A stretch of DNA of 63,849 nt, the filler included, from Aduncisulcus paluster (Eukaryota), in NCBI GenBank assembly GCA_024181965.1. It is 8 parts of 8 records of this genome, joined end to end, with 100 filler letters (N's around TTAATTAATTAA, not from the genome) between each part and the next. Parts side by side here need not be neighbours in the genome. Positions count along the whole stretch, not along the records: positions 10,094 to 17,984 come from BQXS01011125.1; positions 18,085 to 27,587 come from BQXS01011128.1; 6 more parts are not named here. The stretch is one strand, 5' to 3'. The notes beneath the pieces were generated by a model, which was not told the DNA's origin, searched no databases, and worked only from the letters and a program-made list of their open reading frames with translations. Positions 10,094 to 23,062 of this stretch are shown here, piece by piece. Made by a program: the position numbers and the translations under genes. Within the stretch, counting starts at the first letter, position 1. Each line of letters opens with the position of its first letter.

Positions 10094-12776
10094 TTTGCTT
10101 CCTCTCTTCTTCTTCTCTCTTCTTTCTTTCTTCTTCAAGACGTCTCCGTTCGATGGCTAGTTGTTTCTTACGCTCTTCTTCTTGTCTTCGAAGCTCTTCT
10201 TCTCTTTTCTTCCTCTCCTCTTCTTCTTTCCTTCTTTGCTCCTCTTCTCTCTTCTTCTCTTCTTCTCTACGTTTTCTATCGGCGATTTCCTGGAGTCGTC
10301 TTTCTTCCTCTTTCCTCTTCCTTTCTTCCTCAAGGCGTTTCTTCCTCTCTTCCTCTTCTTTTTCTCGACGGATACGATCTTCTTCTTCTTTCCGCTTCCT
10401 CTCTTCCTCTTGCTTTTTCAGTTCCTCTTGTCGCTGTCTCTCTTCTTCTTCCTTCTTCAGACGTTCTTCCTCTTTTCTCTTTCTCTCGGCTTCGATCCGT
10501 TTTCTAATGGCTTCAAGTTCCCTTTGTTTCTTTTCTTCTTCCCTTTGTCGCCTCTCCTCTTCCTCTTTCCTGTGTTTGGCAACAGCAATACGACGCTCCT
10601 CTTCTAATCTTTCTTGCAACGCCATGGCTTCCTTTCTTTTCCTTTCTTCCTCATCGGCCAAACGTTTGATCTCGGCTTCTTTTCGCTTTCTCTCCTCTTC
10701 TTCTTTTCGCTTCTTCTCCTCTTCTTCTTTTCTCTTCCTTTCCTCTTCCTCCTTTTTCAAACGCGCCTCTTCCTCTTCTTTTCTCTTCCTTTCCTCTTCT
10801 TCTTTTTTCAAACGTTCTTCTTCCTCTTCTTTTCTCTTCCTTTCCTCTTCTTCTTTTTTCAAACGTTCTTCTTCTTCTTCTTTCTTTCTTCTCTCTTCTT
10901 CTTCTTCTTCTTTCTTTCTTCTCTCTTCCTCCTCTTCTTTTCTCTTTCTCTCCTCCTCTTCCTCCTCTTCTTTTCTCTTCCTTTCCGAGTCACTCTTTTC
11001 TTCGCTCTCACTATTTCCGCTATTCTTTTTAAGTAATATAAAAGGAAGGCGAAACAACCTTCGAAGTTGAGCACATTTGGCATATCTCTCTACGGGGTTC
11101 TCAGACACCAGAAGGGATAATTGCTTCTTCAGATACGATGACCAATTTGAAGAGAATAATTGGAAGGTGGAATAATCCTTCGGAGCTTTGACAACCATCG
11201 AGGTCTTGCTCCTCTGCAACTCTGGTACATCTTTCTCAATCTTACCTTCGGCGGAGTTACGGACATGATATTTTCCATCCAACATTTCAAGAACATGGCC
11301 TTCTTCCACCAAACTAAGAATAATGTACACACAACAACAAGCAACAATATCGTCAGTGTAGGATGTCGCACGAAGTTTCTCAGAGGAGGGTATCTGAGCA
11401 AGAGTAAGCGTACGAGACTTTGTAAGCTTTAAAAAACGGCCTAATAACTGGACAAATACACTTCCAAACTTCTCGGAAAGGAGGGATTTCCTGAATTTCC
11501 AAGCAAGCTTGTAACGATCAGCGTTTGGAGGGGGTTGGGTTCGAGAAAAATGAACGTAACTTCCCAAACCAGCACCGACATGAGTGTTTACCAGTGCGGC
11601 ACTGATTTTTGCTGCAAGACGAGCTATATTTAGACTTGCATCGTCAGATCCAGAAAGAGTCTTCACAAGAATAGTCAACATTAGGGATTGTATTCCAAGT
11701 CTTTCCATTTCCTTCAGACAAGTGAGGTCGTTGACGAGGATCATGAGCACTCCAAGAGCATAACGAGCCACTTCTCGGGAGCACTCAGGGTCGTCCAATA
11801 GGGGTTTAATACGGACAATGACACCCTGTTTGGTGGCTTCTTGCGTGACTTTCTTGAAGAAACAGAGGTGAATGAGGACAGATAGAGCATATGAGGTGAA
11901 AATGTCATCAAAATCACCCAAACGGGAAGAAATGATATCTAATCCTTTCAAATCGAGAGATACGAACTCGGCTACTTGTTGGTCATCACTAAATTTATAT
12001 AAAACACGCACAGCAACCATCACAACACGCTGGTCCTCGTGGGATTTTACGAGATTGAGGCATTCCTTCCAGATAGATTCCCTCGCCATCTCTTTCTTAT
12101 GCTGGTCATGGTCAGCGAGGAGAAGAATGCAACTGAGAGCCAAAGTTAGGGTGGCAGGATCTGTGGTCTGTCTAATTCCAAGAGTTAACTTCTTGACAAG
12201 ACGAAGGGATACAGCATACTCTGCGTTGGCTGGAACAGCAAGCATAGAGTGAAGGCCTTTCATACTATCACGAACAGACTTGCCTTCAAAGTTTTTGCTT
12301 GAAATAACATCAGAAAACACATCCATTCCTCCGCTTTCCCGAAGAAGAGATAAGAAACATTTAGATCGAGTAAGATGTGATAATAAGGATATTGAAGAAA
12401 AAAATAAATGTTTCTTCTTTGTTTCTTTCGCTGCTTTCATCAGAGCTTTGAATGATTTGGCTTTTTCTTCAGATGGTTTGGATCTCTTGATATTTTCAAA
12501 AATAAGAGGAAATATTTTTTCTCTCATATCATACACCTCCTCAACGCATGCTTGACTTGAAAGAAGTAACTGAACAAATCTCATATTCAGCGCAGCATAA
12601 GTCACATTATCAGAACTAAAATTATCAACTAATTTGTTAACAAATCCATACTTTACCGCCTCATCGCGGTATTCTTGTGATTCTTTGGCTATTGAAAAAT
12701 GTCTTTGTAAAATTGGAGAGGCTTCATCAGGTGGGCTTAACAAAGCTGCTTTTAATTCTGCAATATCTTCAATCAT
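10094..12776 (-). CDS. Armadillo/HEAT-repeat protein with long E/K/R single-alpha-helix tail (3'-partial)
   Basis: ATG at 12776. Helical ARM-like repeats in the N-terminal ~450 aa, ~300 aa of EEEERKRK-type repeats, then the gap. Confidence 0.75.
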
Positions 12777-12958
12777 TGACTAATTGATGAATAAATCTAT
12801 TAATTTAGTATATTAATATTAAAAAAAATCTAAAAAATTTATACCTAGTTTTAATTTGGAAGCAAAAAATTGTTTGCTTAATTTAAAGAGCAGATTAGGT
12901 TGATTTCAAATAAAAAAATTTATTATCAAAATTTAAAGGGATTTTGTAACCTTGAAAA

Positions 12959-13774
12959 CTAGCCTAATTTCCTTTTTTTTCCGGTAAAGCCAGATTTGTC
13001 AACACTGACGGTTTTCACGACTTTAGCTGGCTTATGGAGTGATTGTATATTACTGGTGGCAGGGCGAGTAGTATGTGGGCGATTTTTATCCATTGATTTT
13101 CTCAATAATTTTCCAATCAGCTGTTGGAATAGATCAATCAATTTACATATTCTTCGTTTGACGCCGGTTAATACGTATTTTTTCTGTGCTGGAAGAATGA
13201 CAAACAAATAACGATAGAGGTGAGATGCGATTATTCCAACAATAACCACCAATACTGAGTTCAATCCTCCACCTCCGATAACACCGAGAAAAATCTTAAC
13301 AAGGGGCAAATATTTCATAGGAAATGAAATAATTCCATACAAAGAGGCGGTGGCATCAGGTTGGAAGCGTGAAATTGTATATGAATGTGCTGCACCGAAT
13401 AATTCGAGGGGGAGTTGGGGTACAAATGGGGTTTCATCGACTGAAAAACAATATGGCAGAAAGACTAAATATAAAAATACAATATAAAATATGAATTCGG
13501 TTCTTTTTTCTCGTCCAAATACCTTGGTTTCAATAGAGTGGTGATTGAAAATGAACATTAAGAAATTTAAGATTTGTTTTGGCGCACCGATTATAAAAAA
13601 GGGTGAAAATAGTCTCCACAACTGGAATTTATGAATTATCATATATCTTGAGAAAAGAATAATCTGGGGAGATAGTAATCCAAGCCACATCACTCCTGAC
13701 AAGAGAAGGCACAATATTGATACAATTCCTGTAACAGGAGGCATATTTTGAATAAAACTTTGTATATCAATCAT
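12959..13774 (-). CDS. Derlin (Der1-like ERAD membrane protein)
   Basis: MPPVT start, QLWRLFSPFF (WR motif), YGIISFPMKYLP, GIIASHLY and multiple TM segments. ATG at 13774. Confidence 0.9.
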   Translation of the reverse strand: MIDIQSFIQNMPPVTGIVSILCLLLSGVMWLGLLSPQIILFSRYMIIHKFQLWRLFSPFFIIGAPKQILNFLMFIFNHHSIETKVFGREKRTEFIFYIVFLYLVFLPYCFSVDETPFVPQLPLELFGAAHSYTISRFQPDATASLYGIISFPMKYLPLVKIFLGVIGGGGLNSVLVVIVGIIASHLYRYLFVILPAQKKYVLTGVKRRICKLIDLFQQLIGKLLRKSMDKNRPHTTRPATSNIQSLHKPAKVVKTVSVDKSGFTGKKRKLG

Positions 13775-14064
13775 TGAAAACAATTGATGTCTTTTTGTGT
13801 TGGCAAAAGATGGTGCAATTTACTTTTTTTTAATAAAAGTTCTGTTCTGAATAATAATCAATTGATTTTTATCACCTTACGTGTGCTGTTTACAACATTT
13901 CTATTGTAGACAATTAATAAAATGAATAAAGCCTCGGCAATAAGCCAATATTAGACTTGATGTATAATCCCTCACAAAAGCCTCTTTTCACAAATTTTTA
14001 TCGGTGAAAATCAACAAACAAAGCATAAAATAAATTGATATTGAGGTTAAAATTTTTATTTCAT

Positions 14065-17000
14065 ATGAATCACACTTCACACGACAAAACAATGCTTGTT
14101 TGCTTCCTAATGAGTAATCCAAACCAATCTTTCATACAATCCAAACATACGGATCCTGATAAGGGTGAGCAATCCCATTCATTATTTTCAGGTATTAAAT
14201 TTGGTGAGTTTGTTTTTCCATCTCATTCTAGAGAGCATCTTCAGTCAAGTTCACAAAAAGTTGCATTTCCTGAGTTAAAACAACTTGATCAAACCATTTT
14301 GAAGCATGAAATAGATGATCAAAGGTTATTTCCCTCTATTCCAGAACTTCCTCCTTCTCAAGGTTCAATTGGAGGGATTCAAGGCTCTTCAATGCCAAAA
14401 CAATATTTTTCTCCATGGATATATCCCAAAGGTCCAAACACTTTGTCATTACCTCCTTCATATGTCTCTGAACAACAATCGTCTGTTAAATTTCCTTATT
14501 TTGGAAAGGATCTTTTTTATAGTCCACTTCTTGATGATTCTGATAAATCAAAAGAAGAAATATTGGCCAAATCTCATCCTTCACTTCCTCATTCATCCCC
14601 CAAAACCCTTGAAACCACTCCTCATCCCCAAACTCAACCACTTTCTTCAATTGAGCTTTCTCCCATTGATAAATCAACAATTCCCACTGAAAACCCTGAT
14701 TTTTTACCCCCCTTTGATTCTTTTGTTCCACCCTCTTTCCAACCACATCAATATACATCCATCCCAATATCAGATGGTCGTCCACCTCAATCCACGTCCA
14801 AAACTATGACACCATCTTCTATTCCAATGTATTCTGGGGCCTATCTCTCAGGCACTCTTCCTCCTCTCGAACCTTTGCCCGCTGCTTCACACCAACCACC
14901 AATAGTGCCTCCTTCTTCAACTTTTGCCCCAAGTGCTTCCACTCTTCATTCAAGTGGCCCAGGAGTTGTTCCTATGTTAGAAGAATTCCCTCTTCACATG
15001 GGCTCGATGGGAAGAAAGAACATTCCTCTCCCTGAAGTGACCGTGTTCAAACCTGACAGAGTGCCTGAAGAGCGCAGTTCATACCTTGATGCTGGTGACA
15101 ACATGTCATTGAAGGGAAAAGGCCTTGTTGTTGGTCCTGATGTACAACTTATGAGTGATCTTCCTGCTGATACCCTCAGGAGGAATTCTAGTCCAGACGG
15201 TCGAACTAAGGGATCTATTGGTAGTGCTCCGGCTAAATGTGATCAGATGGTGCCAATGATTCAGCCTCTCAAGGGAACAGATTCTGTTCAAATTGCTCCA
15301 CTCTTCTCTTCTTCTTCCTCTTCTTCTTCTTCCTCTTCCTCTTCCTCTTCGATTCCATCCCATTCTCCTTTCTCTGCCTTTGGAGCTGCTGTCCAGGCAG
15401 AGCGTAGGCAGAAGAAGAAAGAGAAGAAAGAACGTGAGAAGAGAGAGAAAGATGCTGTGAAACGTTCCAAGCGTTCGATTGTACATAAGATCAGAGGCGC
15501 GTCCACTGACGGTTCAGCCAAACCGATTACACACATTCCTTTGCATATTCTTTCACAGCTTGAACTACAAGAAGAGAGAGAAAGAGAGAAGCAGAAAGTG
15601 CAAGAGAAAGCAAAAAAGCGTGTTAAAGAGGAGAAAGAGAGAGAACTGAATGTTAAGCGGGAACAATGGGTGAGAGAGAGGGAAATTGCACGGAAAGAGA
15701 AAGAGAAGAGAGAGAAAGAGAAGAGAGACTTGAAGGCTAGAAAAGATGAATCAAGAACATTAAGGGAGAAAAAGAACAAAAATGTTAAAATTGGTAAGAA
15801 AATCGACACCGATCTTGGTATTCGTGCTATTTCTGATAAAACTGGGGTTTCTTCTTCTTCTTCTTCGAAACAAAAGGTTTCCTCTAAACAAGTACTTACA
15901 AACACTGAACAACAACAATCAAGACCCGATAAAACTTCGCTTTGTCCTGATGGTACGCATCGACTTCATTCCCAAGGAATTGGTGCATCCACTCAAGTGT
16001 CTAGTCAGATCGGTGTAGGATCTCATTCAGAACAATCAATATCCTCTGTTTCTACTCTCTCTCCTCCCACACGTGCATCATCTAATGAAGAGATTGAGCA
16101 TGGAGAATCTTGTGACCCCTCCCAGAAAGAAGTCTTCAGCGATGCCAGCAATTCTCTGGGATCTTCTCCTCCTCCTTCTTTCACCTCTCTGCCCCCATCT
16201 CCTCCCACGGATCCCTCTCCAACTCCTCTTCTACTTGACGATGAGAAATGTTCACCAATCGCAAGAGGAACAAAACAGAATCGATCAAGGAAACGGGGGA
16301 GAAGTGGAACTAATAATAATACTCACGTTAGAACGCCTGACAACTTCTCCATTTCATCATCGTCAACAGACTTTGTGCTTGTGTGTGCAAGATGTGGAGG
16401 GATCTGTGGAGGCGTGTGTGAGGGAGATTGGAGCTGTTTAACGATGAGTGAAGATATCGCTGATCGAGTTAGTTTGAGAGATTCCGATGGACTGGTGTTC
16501 AAGGATGGGAAGTTGCTCCCTGGTGGAAACCCTCGTATGAAATACATTGACGAGAGTGTATCCGATGATGATCGTTCTGCCCTGTTATTTGAGACAATGG
16601 ATGAGTCTCTGATTGAAAACGCCGACAGTGAAAGCACATTCATTGTGGAGCATCTTAGTAGCGAAATGTATAGTGTTGGAAGCACTGTGGGCACCAGGGA
16701 TGATACTATGGTCACCATGGACAGCAGTGTTTTTAATGGTGCAAGTATTCATGCCATCCGTGAAGGCGAAGAAGACGAAGAAGAAGACGATGGAATGGGG
16801 CACTCAACTAATCCATCACATCAACACACTCCAACGCCATCTCGCCGAGGATCTGTTGAGACTCGGGAGACTATATCAGCTTATTTCGATAAAAGACAAG
16901 ATAAGCCTCTGTATTCACGTGATGGATCATCTCAAAGATCTCCTGAACTTGATATTCAGCATTTGGAGGATTCTGGAATCTTTATTGATCGGAGTATTGC

Positions 17001-17984
17001 TGGTTGTGAGTCTTATGATAGAAAGTCCAGCTATGATTCTAGCCCTGACATTAGTGCTTACTCCATGATTGCTGGTCGAAAAAAATCTGTTGGTGGACGT
17101 GGGAATAACGTTCACGTCAATTCTTCTTCCTCACAAGCCATCACTCGTCCCATGGTTGACAGTGCAGCCTCACCTGTGCGAAAGAAGAAGAGTCCTAATC
17201 ATCAATCAGCCCCTAGTGTCACTCACTCTGGGGGTCATCATGGCTCTGTAGGCAAAAAACATCCATCTGTACGCAATGTTTCGATTCATACGAGTGGATC
17301 AGCATCATCCCCAAGTTCTGTTGCTGTCACAGTAGGCACCTCAGGATCCTCCGGTAGTAAGAAAGGAAAGAACAAGTCAGGTAAAGGTTCCAAGACAGGC
17401 AACAAATATGATGAAGAGTGGGTGGCCCAGCGTGCCTTGGAAATACAGAAAGAGCGGGAAGAGCAGAAAAGGAGAGAAGAATTGAAACGGCAGAAACGGA
17501 GAGAAGAGAAGATAAAAGCCAAGTCTTCACATGAAAAGGCCTCCAGTAAGATTTCATGGTGGAAGTCTTTATTCAAGATCGATGAATCCAATCGCTCAAA
17601 TTCTCACAAAACCGATGGGTCCAGCTTTTCAGGACAGTCGAGAAAAGGGAGAAAATTAGGTCATAGTATGTCAGGTGGTGGAAACCATCATTCATTTGTT
17701 TCTCTTCATGATTCTAAGAAAAAGAAAAAATCTTCTTCCCTTGTCAGCGTCAATATAGAATCGTTCTATATTCTTCGAGAAAAAATGAGGCACTTGCAAC
17801 AACGGTATGCACAAATATTGTCATCAAAAAGGAAAGGGAAACAATTGGGATTCATTCCAAAAATCCTTGTAGGACTGTATTTTGTCGTGTTTTCTTTGTT
17901 CTGCTTAATATATGATCTCTTTTTGGGCTTTATTGATGTCATTGGCATTCTCTCTCGTAAAATTGAGTCTTCTAGCATTGTTCA
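14065..17984 (+). CDS. Large low-complexity Ser/Pro/Lys-rich protein with a C-terminal hydrophobic segment (3'-partial)
   Basis: Uninterrupted ~1300-codon ORF, first ATG 14065, possible TM near 17865-17950. Confidence 0.7.
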
Positions 17985-19419
17985 NNNNNNNNNNNNNNNN
18001 NNNNNNNNNNNNNNNNNNNNNNNNNNNNTTAATTAATTAANNNNNNNNNNNNNNNNNNNNNNNNNNNNNNNNNNNNNNNNNNNNCCACACAGTTGATGAG
18101 TTTCCATCAATATAGTACTAAAATTAAACGAAATTTTTGGTAGAGGTTCCCCCACTTTTCTCAGCCACCGCCGGTGGAAAGTTTGTATTTTTTTTGTTTG
18201 TTTTTTTGGAAAAAAATATAATAAAGAAATGTACAGTGCAACCACCGTACAGGGGGGACCCCCACGGATGGGGGTAAAAGGGGGGGATTTTACTCATAGA
18301 TGGGAGATTGGTGAAATCAATAATAAAAAGAATAGACCAGTTCTAGTAGTTCTCTTCTTATGGTCAAGGAGAAGAGAAAAGCTTGAATTCGGCAAAAGAG
18401 GGAACCAACGAACGGAAGCAAAAGGAAATATCACGAATCATCATCCAAAATATAAGATATAAGATGTGACATAGATTGGTTCGACTGGTTCAATTGATAT
18501 GTTATTCGAGATTCAAATGAGTTAAGCGAGGGGCAGTTGGGTCAATTTGTCAGTTATTTTCAGAGACAATGGGTGTAAACCAGGATCAACGAAAAGAACC
18601 AGAAAGTTGAGTGTTTTAAATTCATAGCAGTATTATAGGGAGTAGTATGGCAAATATCCAACGTTTAAGTTCAGTTTTATGTCAATAAAAAGAACAAGAA
18701 TGTGTCAAAAAGTTCGAGATCCAAACAGATATCATTGACCCACAATAACAAGCAGTAGAGGGAATAACGACATGAACTTCGAATTGCAATTAGTTTAAAC
18801 TAAGTTTGTATCGTGATATTCCAGGAATATTGGAAAAAATATTATTAAGAAGTTGCCACAATGAAGAAGAAATGAAAGAACAGAATAAAGAGTTGAATCC
18901 AAACAATAAAATCACGACATTTGCTCCACGAGATGTTTTTGGCATGAAATTCTATCTTTTATCATGTTTTATACTCTTATTCTCATTGATAAAATATTCA
19001 CTCCAAGAAAGAGCATAAAACATCGGAATTCGTTGTTTGGGATGTAATATTTCAGGAAGCAACGATCAGCAACAATGCATTTGGTGGGAATCACTTTCAA
19101 TAGGATTGTATGTCTGTCAAAACAAAAAAAAAAGTTGACAGGATCCGATCTTCGTGTATCTGGATCATTGGTGAAATTAAAATTTTATGGTCATTAATAA
19201 AGAATAAAATTGGTTTGAAGATATTTATTTCAAAAATCTCATTATTAGAGCACGGAAAGAATAGGCACGAAAAGAGGGAATATTCTTGAAAGGTGAGTGA
19301 CTTAGTAATCAATTTACGATAAAAATCATTATGCCAATAAGGTAATGCTCATTTTGCTGGGAACTATTCCCAAATGTGCTCAAAAAATGTGAAAATGGTA
19401 TTAACAATTTTGCTTACAA

Positions 19420-20424
19420 ATGGACTCTGACATTTCATTCAAAGAGTTGGAATTAATCAAAACTATTGGAACTGGAACAGTCGGACGTGTTAGGCTCTGC
19501 CGTCATACGAAAACAAATGATTTTCTTGCTCTGAAGTCTGTTCACAAGAAATCCTTGATAGCTTTATCTCAAGTTGACCATATTATTGATGAATTACGAG
19601 TATTAAAGGAAGTCTCCTCACATCCCTTTATTGTTTCCCTTAAAGGTTCCTATCACGATAAAGACTATGTTCACATGTTGTTTGAATTCGTTCCGGGCGG
19701 TGAGCTCTTTACATATTTAAGAAAAGCTGGGAAATTTCCCCTTGAAGTTGCTAAATTTTATGCTGCAGAGCTTGCCACAGTTTTGGAGTTTCTTCACTCC
19801 AAACGAATTGTATATCGAGACCTAAAACCTGAAAATGTATTAATTGACAAACAAGGACATATTAAGCTTGCAGATTATGGTTTTGCTAAGAGAATTAAAG
19901 ATCAAACATATACTTTGTGTGGGACTCCTGAATATCTTGCTCCAGAGATTATCCGAGGAAGTGGGCATAGTTTTGCAGTAGATTGGTGGGCATTTGGTGT
20001 TCTAATATATGAAATGCTTGCCGGAGTCCCTCCTTTTTATGGGCAAACAACGAAACAAACTTATGAGAAAGTTCTACGCGGTAGCATCACTTTCCCTCCT
20101 TCTTGGGACAAAACAACAGTGTCATTCCTGAAAGCTTTGCTTAATCCGAATAAGGCGGAACGTTTGGGCAGTGTGCGTGCATCAGAGGTTCTGAAACATC
20201 CCTGGTTCAAAGGAGTCGAATGGAGATGGCTGAGAATACGGTTAGTGAGACCTCCAATCATTCCAAGGGTTAAAAGTGCCGGAGATACGTCCAATTTCGA
20301 TGATTTTGCTGAGGATGATTCTGCCCTTTTGATTCATTCTCTCCCAAAGTCAGCTCTTAAAGGTCGCAAATGTCCCTATTCAAAAGAGACCTTGGAGAAG
20401 ATATGGGGCGAATTCGACATGTAA
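19420..20424 (+). CDS. cAMP-dependent protein kinase catalytic subunit-like AGC kinase
   Basis: GTGTVG, YRDLKPEN, DYG, TYTLCGTPEYLAPE, VDWWAFG and AGC tail GDTSNFDDF. Confidence 0.92.
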   Translation: MDSDISFKELELIKTIGTGTVGRVRLCRHTKTNDFLALKSVHKKSLIALSQVDHIIDELRVLKEVSSHPFIVSLKGSYHDKDYVHMLFEFVPGGELFTYLRKAGKFPLEVAKFYAAELATVLEFLHSKRIVYRDLKPENVLIDKQGHIKLADYGFAKRIKDQTYTLCGTPEYLAPEIIRGSGHSFAVDWWAFGVLIYEMLAGVPPFYGQTTKQTYEKVLRGSITFPPSWDKTTVSFLKALLNPNKAERLGSVRASEVLKHPWFKGVEWRWLRIRLVRPPIIPRVKSAGDTSNFDDFAEDDSALLIHSLPKSALKGRKCPYSKETLEKIWGEFDM

Positions 20425-20753
20425 AATATATTATATTTGTTTAAATTTTATTTATTAATTGTCAGTATTGTCTTATTAATCAATGTATCTCATCTCCTTC
20501 TCAATGACATGACGATTGCTCTCATCTTTTCTTCAACTATGAAATTTCAATCAAAAATTCTTGGCATGATTTATCTGTAAATTATATTGCATCAAGTTAC
20601 CTGTTTATCAATGAATAGGAATTTCAACTGATATGGGTTTGTTACATCACATTACAATAAACTCTGGTTAGATTCTAACCGTTTACGAAATCATCCTTTA
20701 TGAACGACATTTTCTTCTCCTTGCGACTTTTTGGACCGGACACACACACCGTG

Positions 20754-20848
20754 AACTGTGACAGTTGTTAGTTTGTCCTACAAAAACGGAGTTTGTAGGT
20801 TTTAAGGTTTTCAACCACGCGACCAACTTGGTCAAGGGTTGAACCCTT
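20754..20848. other. Cluster of intergenic hairpins
   Basis: AACTGT-G-ACAGTT, CCTACAAA...TTTGTAGG, and TTCAACC..GACCAA-C-TTGGTC..GGTTGAA. Confidence 0.45.
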
Positions 20849-21175
20849 ATTTCAAAGGTTGATCGATAATCGAGTCGATTGAGACATGATGTCTCTGCGA
20901 CATAATGTTTTCAATTTCATATTGGATTCTGTATATTTTAAAAATAAATCGGTAAAATATTTGAATGGATGCGGCAAAAAAACTTTTTTTAGTCGTTGAA
21001 CGACTTTTTAATATTGCGGCAAATTGCACTGTGTAAATTCTTTGTGAATAAATAATAAATTAATATTATGATATTTATATTTATTTTTATGCACATTTTT
21101 TTGTTTTTTTTGATAAATTGTGACTATTGAAAATTTTGAATCAAATCCTGCATTTTCTGCAGCTATATTAAAGAA

Positions 21176-23062
21176 ATGGAATTCCCTCCGCAGCCAGAAA
21201 AAAGAAGATCTAGTAGTGCAAGGGTTTTTAGGAATCAGGAAACAATTGCAAGAAGGAGAAGTCGCCGTATGAGTGTGGGTGCTGGGAGAAGGCTCAGTAT
21301 GTCAAGTAATCCACCAGATGTTAAAATACCAAGACAAGATACGCAAAAAAGTCGGAGAATGAGCACAAAACGGCGATCTTCTTGCCATATTCAGACTTCA
21401 AAAACAATGGATACAAATTTTCCTTTGTTGACAAAACAAAGGTCAATTTTGGATTTAAGAATTAAACTTGATGATTTAAAAACATATAAAGAAAAAGTAA
21501 TATTGTTTTTGACTCTAAATGAGTATCCGAGGACCCACACACTTCCTACAGGAGCTTTATCACCAAAATCCCTTTCAAAAATCTCAATCATGAACTTCTT
21601 TGACCTATTTTATTTTATCTTGGAGAAATCATTCCTTTCTCTTTCTCAACCTTCGAAAAAAATACCTTCTCTCAGTGAATCCGTTGTAATAATCCTTACA
21701 TTCCTTCGTTTTCCTTATTTCGTCACTAAAATTCATTTCAAATCTTCAAAAAGTTCTCTTTCCTCCACAAAAGATTATCATATCTTCATTTTATTCTGGC
21801 TTATCGACAATTTGCTCGCATTTGATACGACTAAACGGAAGCTCTTTGAAGAATTCCACCAAGGAATTGAAAAACGCAAGAAAGAATTGCTGTCTGATGA
21901 GTCAAAAATAACTGAAGATTTGGATTTTACGGTGGAAACATATGCATATTTACGAAACGTTGTGTATAGATTGCAGGAAATGAGTGGTCCAATCAAATCC
22001 AAAGGTTCGTATGATCAAATTGCATCAATCATTGCCGAATTGCCAAAAGGAGATTATGACAGATTCCAAGAAGAGTATACAAAAGTTATATTTCGCAGTC
22101 AACAAATGGATATGGTTGAAAACGCTGGTGATGGCGAGATTAGAGAGGAAAATGAAGCCGAAAGGCATAAAACGGAACTTTCTGTGAAATTTGAATCCGG
22201 AAAGGCTGAATTGGATGCGATTGTCCGTGAGATTGAATTTGTTAGATCCAAGCAAGTTGAAGCCGACGAAAGGCTAGCTTCTATCCATAAAAATGAAGAA
22301 ATGGTCAGAGCTCGAGACGAGATTGATTTTGAAAAAAGGAGAGAGTATCAAGATAAGCTTCAACAGCTGAAAGAAGAAATTGAGGCTGAAAAGGAGCATA
22401 AAGATCGCGAATCTATTGAATTATCTCGACTCATCAACGAAATGAAAGGGTTTCAAGAAAAATACAACGACAAAATTAGAAGTCTGAAACAAACAAAGGA
22501 TCATTTGATTGAATTAACCATAAATGACAAGGGAACATCAGTTAAAACCATTCTTGGCTCTCGATATTATGAATGTTTAGACCAAATAACAGCCCTCAAA
22601 ACTGCTACTCGAGCTCAAACCATGTTTCAGAAATCTGTATTCTATCGAACGAAAGACCTTAAAAAGACACTTACCAAGATGATGCCAGCCATTGAATCTC
22701 GAACTCGTAAACTCCAAGACAGTGTATCCATGGTGCAATTACCTTTCAAATTAGACCTTTGTGATGAAGAAGACAAGGTGAAGGAGCTTCAAAACATTAT
22801 TGAGCAAACGGAAAGCAAATTAAAATCGGCCAAGATAGAGAAAGAAGCTCTTGTGGAGGAATTAGAATTTCAAAAGGAGCAAAAAAAGAGAAAATCTAGA
22901 GAAAATCTAGAGAAAATACAAAGATTGGAAAAGAAAAGGGTTGATTTGGAAGTTGAAAAGGCAGAAAAGAGGAGAGAAATGATGATTATTAGAGAAAAGG
23001 CCAAGAAACTATGTTCAAGTATTGACAAAATCATCCAGAAGAGGAAACATGATGGAAAGTAA
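21176..23062 (+). CDS. NDC80: Divergent kinetochore protein Ndc80/HEC1
   Basis: Basic N-tail with many RRxS sites. CH-like block FLTLNEY..SPKSL..NFFDLFYFI..LRFPY..LFWLID resembles the Ndc80 FLxxxxY..KSL..DFxxIF..LGYPF..LxWLID pattern. Long coiled coil; 628 aa. Confidence 0.7.
   Translation: MEFPPQPEKRRSSSARVFRNQETIARRRSRRMSVGAGRRLSMSSNPPDVKIPRQDTQKSRRMSTKRRSSCHIQTSKTMDTNFPLLTKQRSILDLRIKLDDLKTYKEKVILFLTLNEYPRTHTLPTGALSPKSLSKISIMNFFDLFYFILEKSFLSLSQPSKKIPSLSESVVIILTFLRFPYFVTKIHFKSSKSSLSSTKDYHIFILFWLIDNLLAFDTTKRKLFEEFHQGIEKRKKELLSDESKITEDLDFTVETYAYLRNVVYRLQEMSGPIKSKGSYDQIASIIAELPKGDYDRFQEEYTKVIFRSQQMDMVENAGDGEIREENEAERHKTELSVKFESGKAELDAIVREIEFVRSKQVEADERLASIHKNEEMVRARDEIDFEKRREYQDKLQQLKEEIEAEKEHKDRESIELSRLINEMKGFQEKYNDKIRSLKQTKDHLIELTINDKGTSVKTILGSRYYECLDQITALKTATRAQTMFQKSVFYRTKDLKKTLTKMMPAIESRTRKLQDSVSMVQLPFKLDLCDEEDKVKELQNIIEQTESKLKSAKIEKEALVEELEFQKEQKKRKSRENLEKIQRLEKKRVDLEVEKAEKRREMMIIREKAKKLCSSIDKIIQKRKHDGK

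Noticed and set aside
10153-11070. Long Ser/Phe/Leu-rich antisense ORFs (also 15288-15905, 27789-28211, 55231-55578)
   Set aside because: Shadow frames of GAA/GAG-rich coding repeats.
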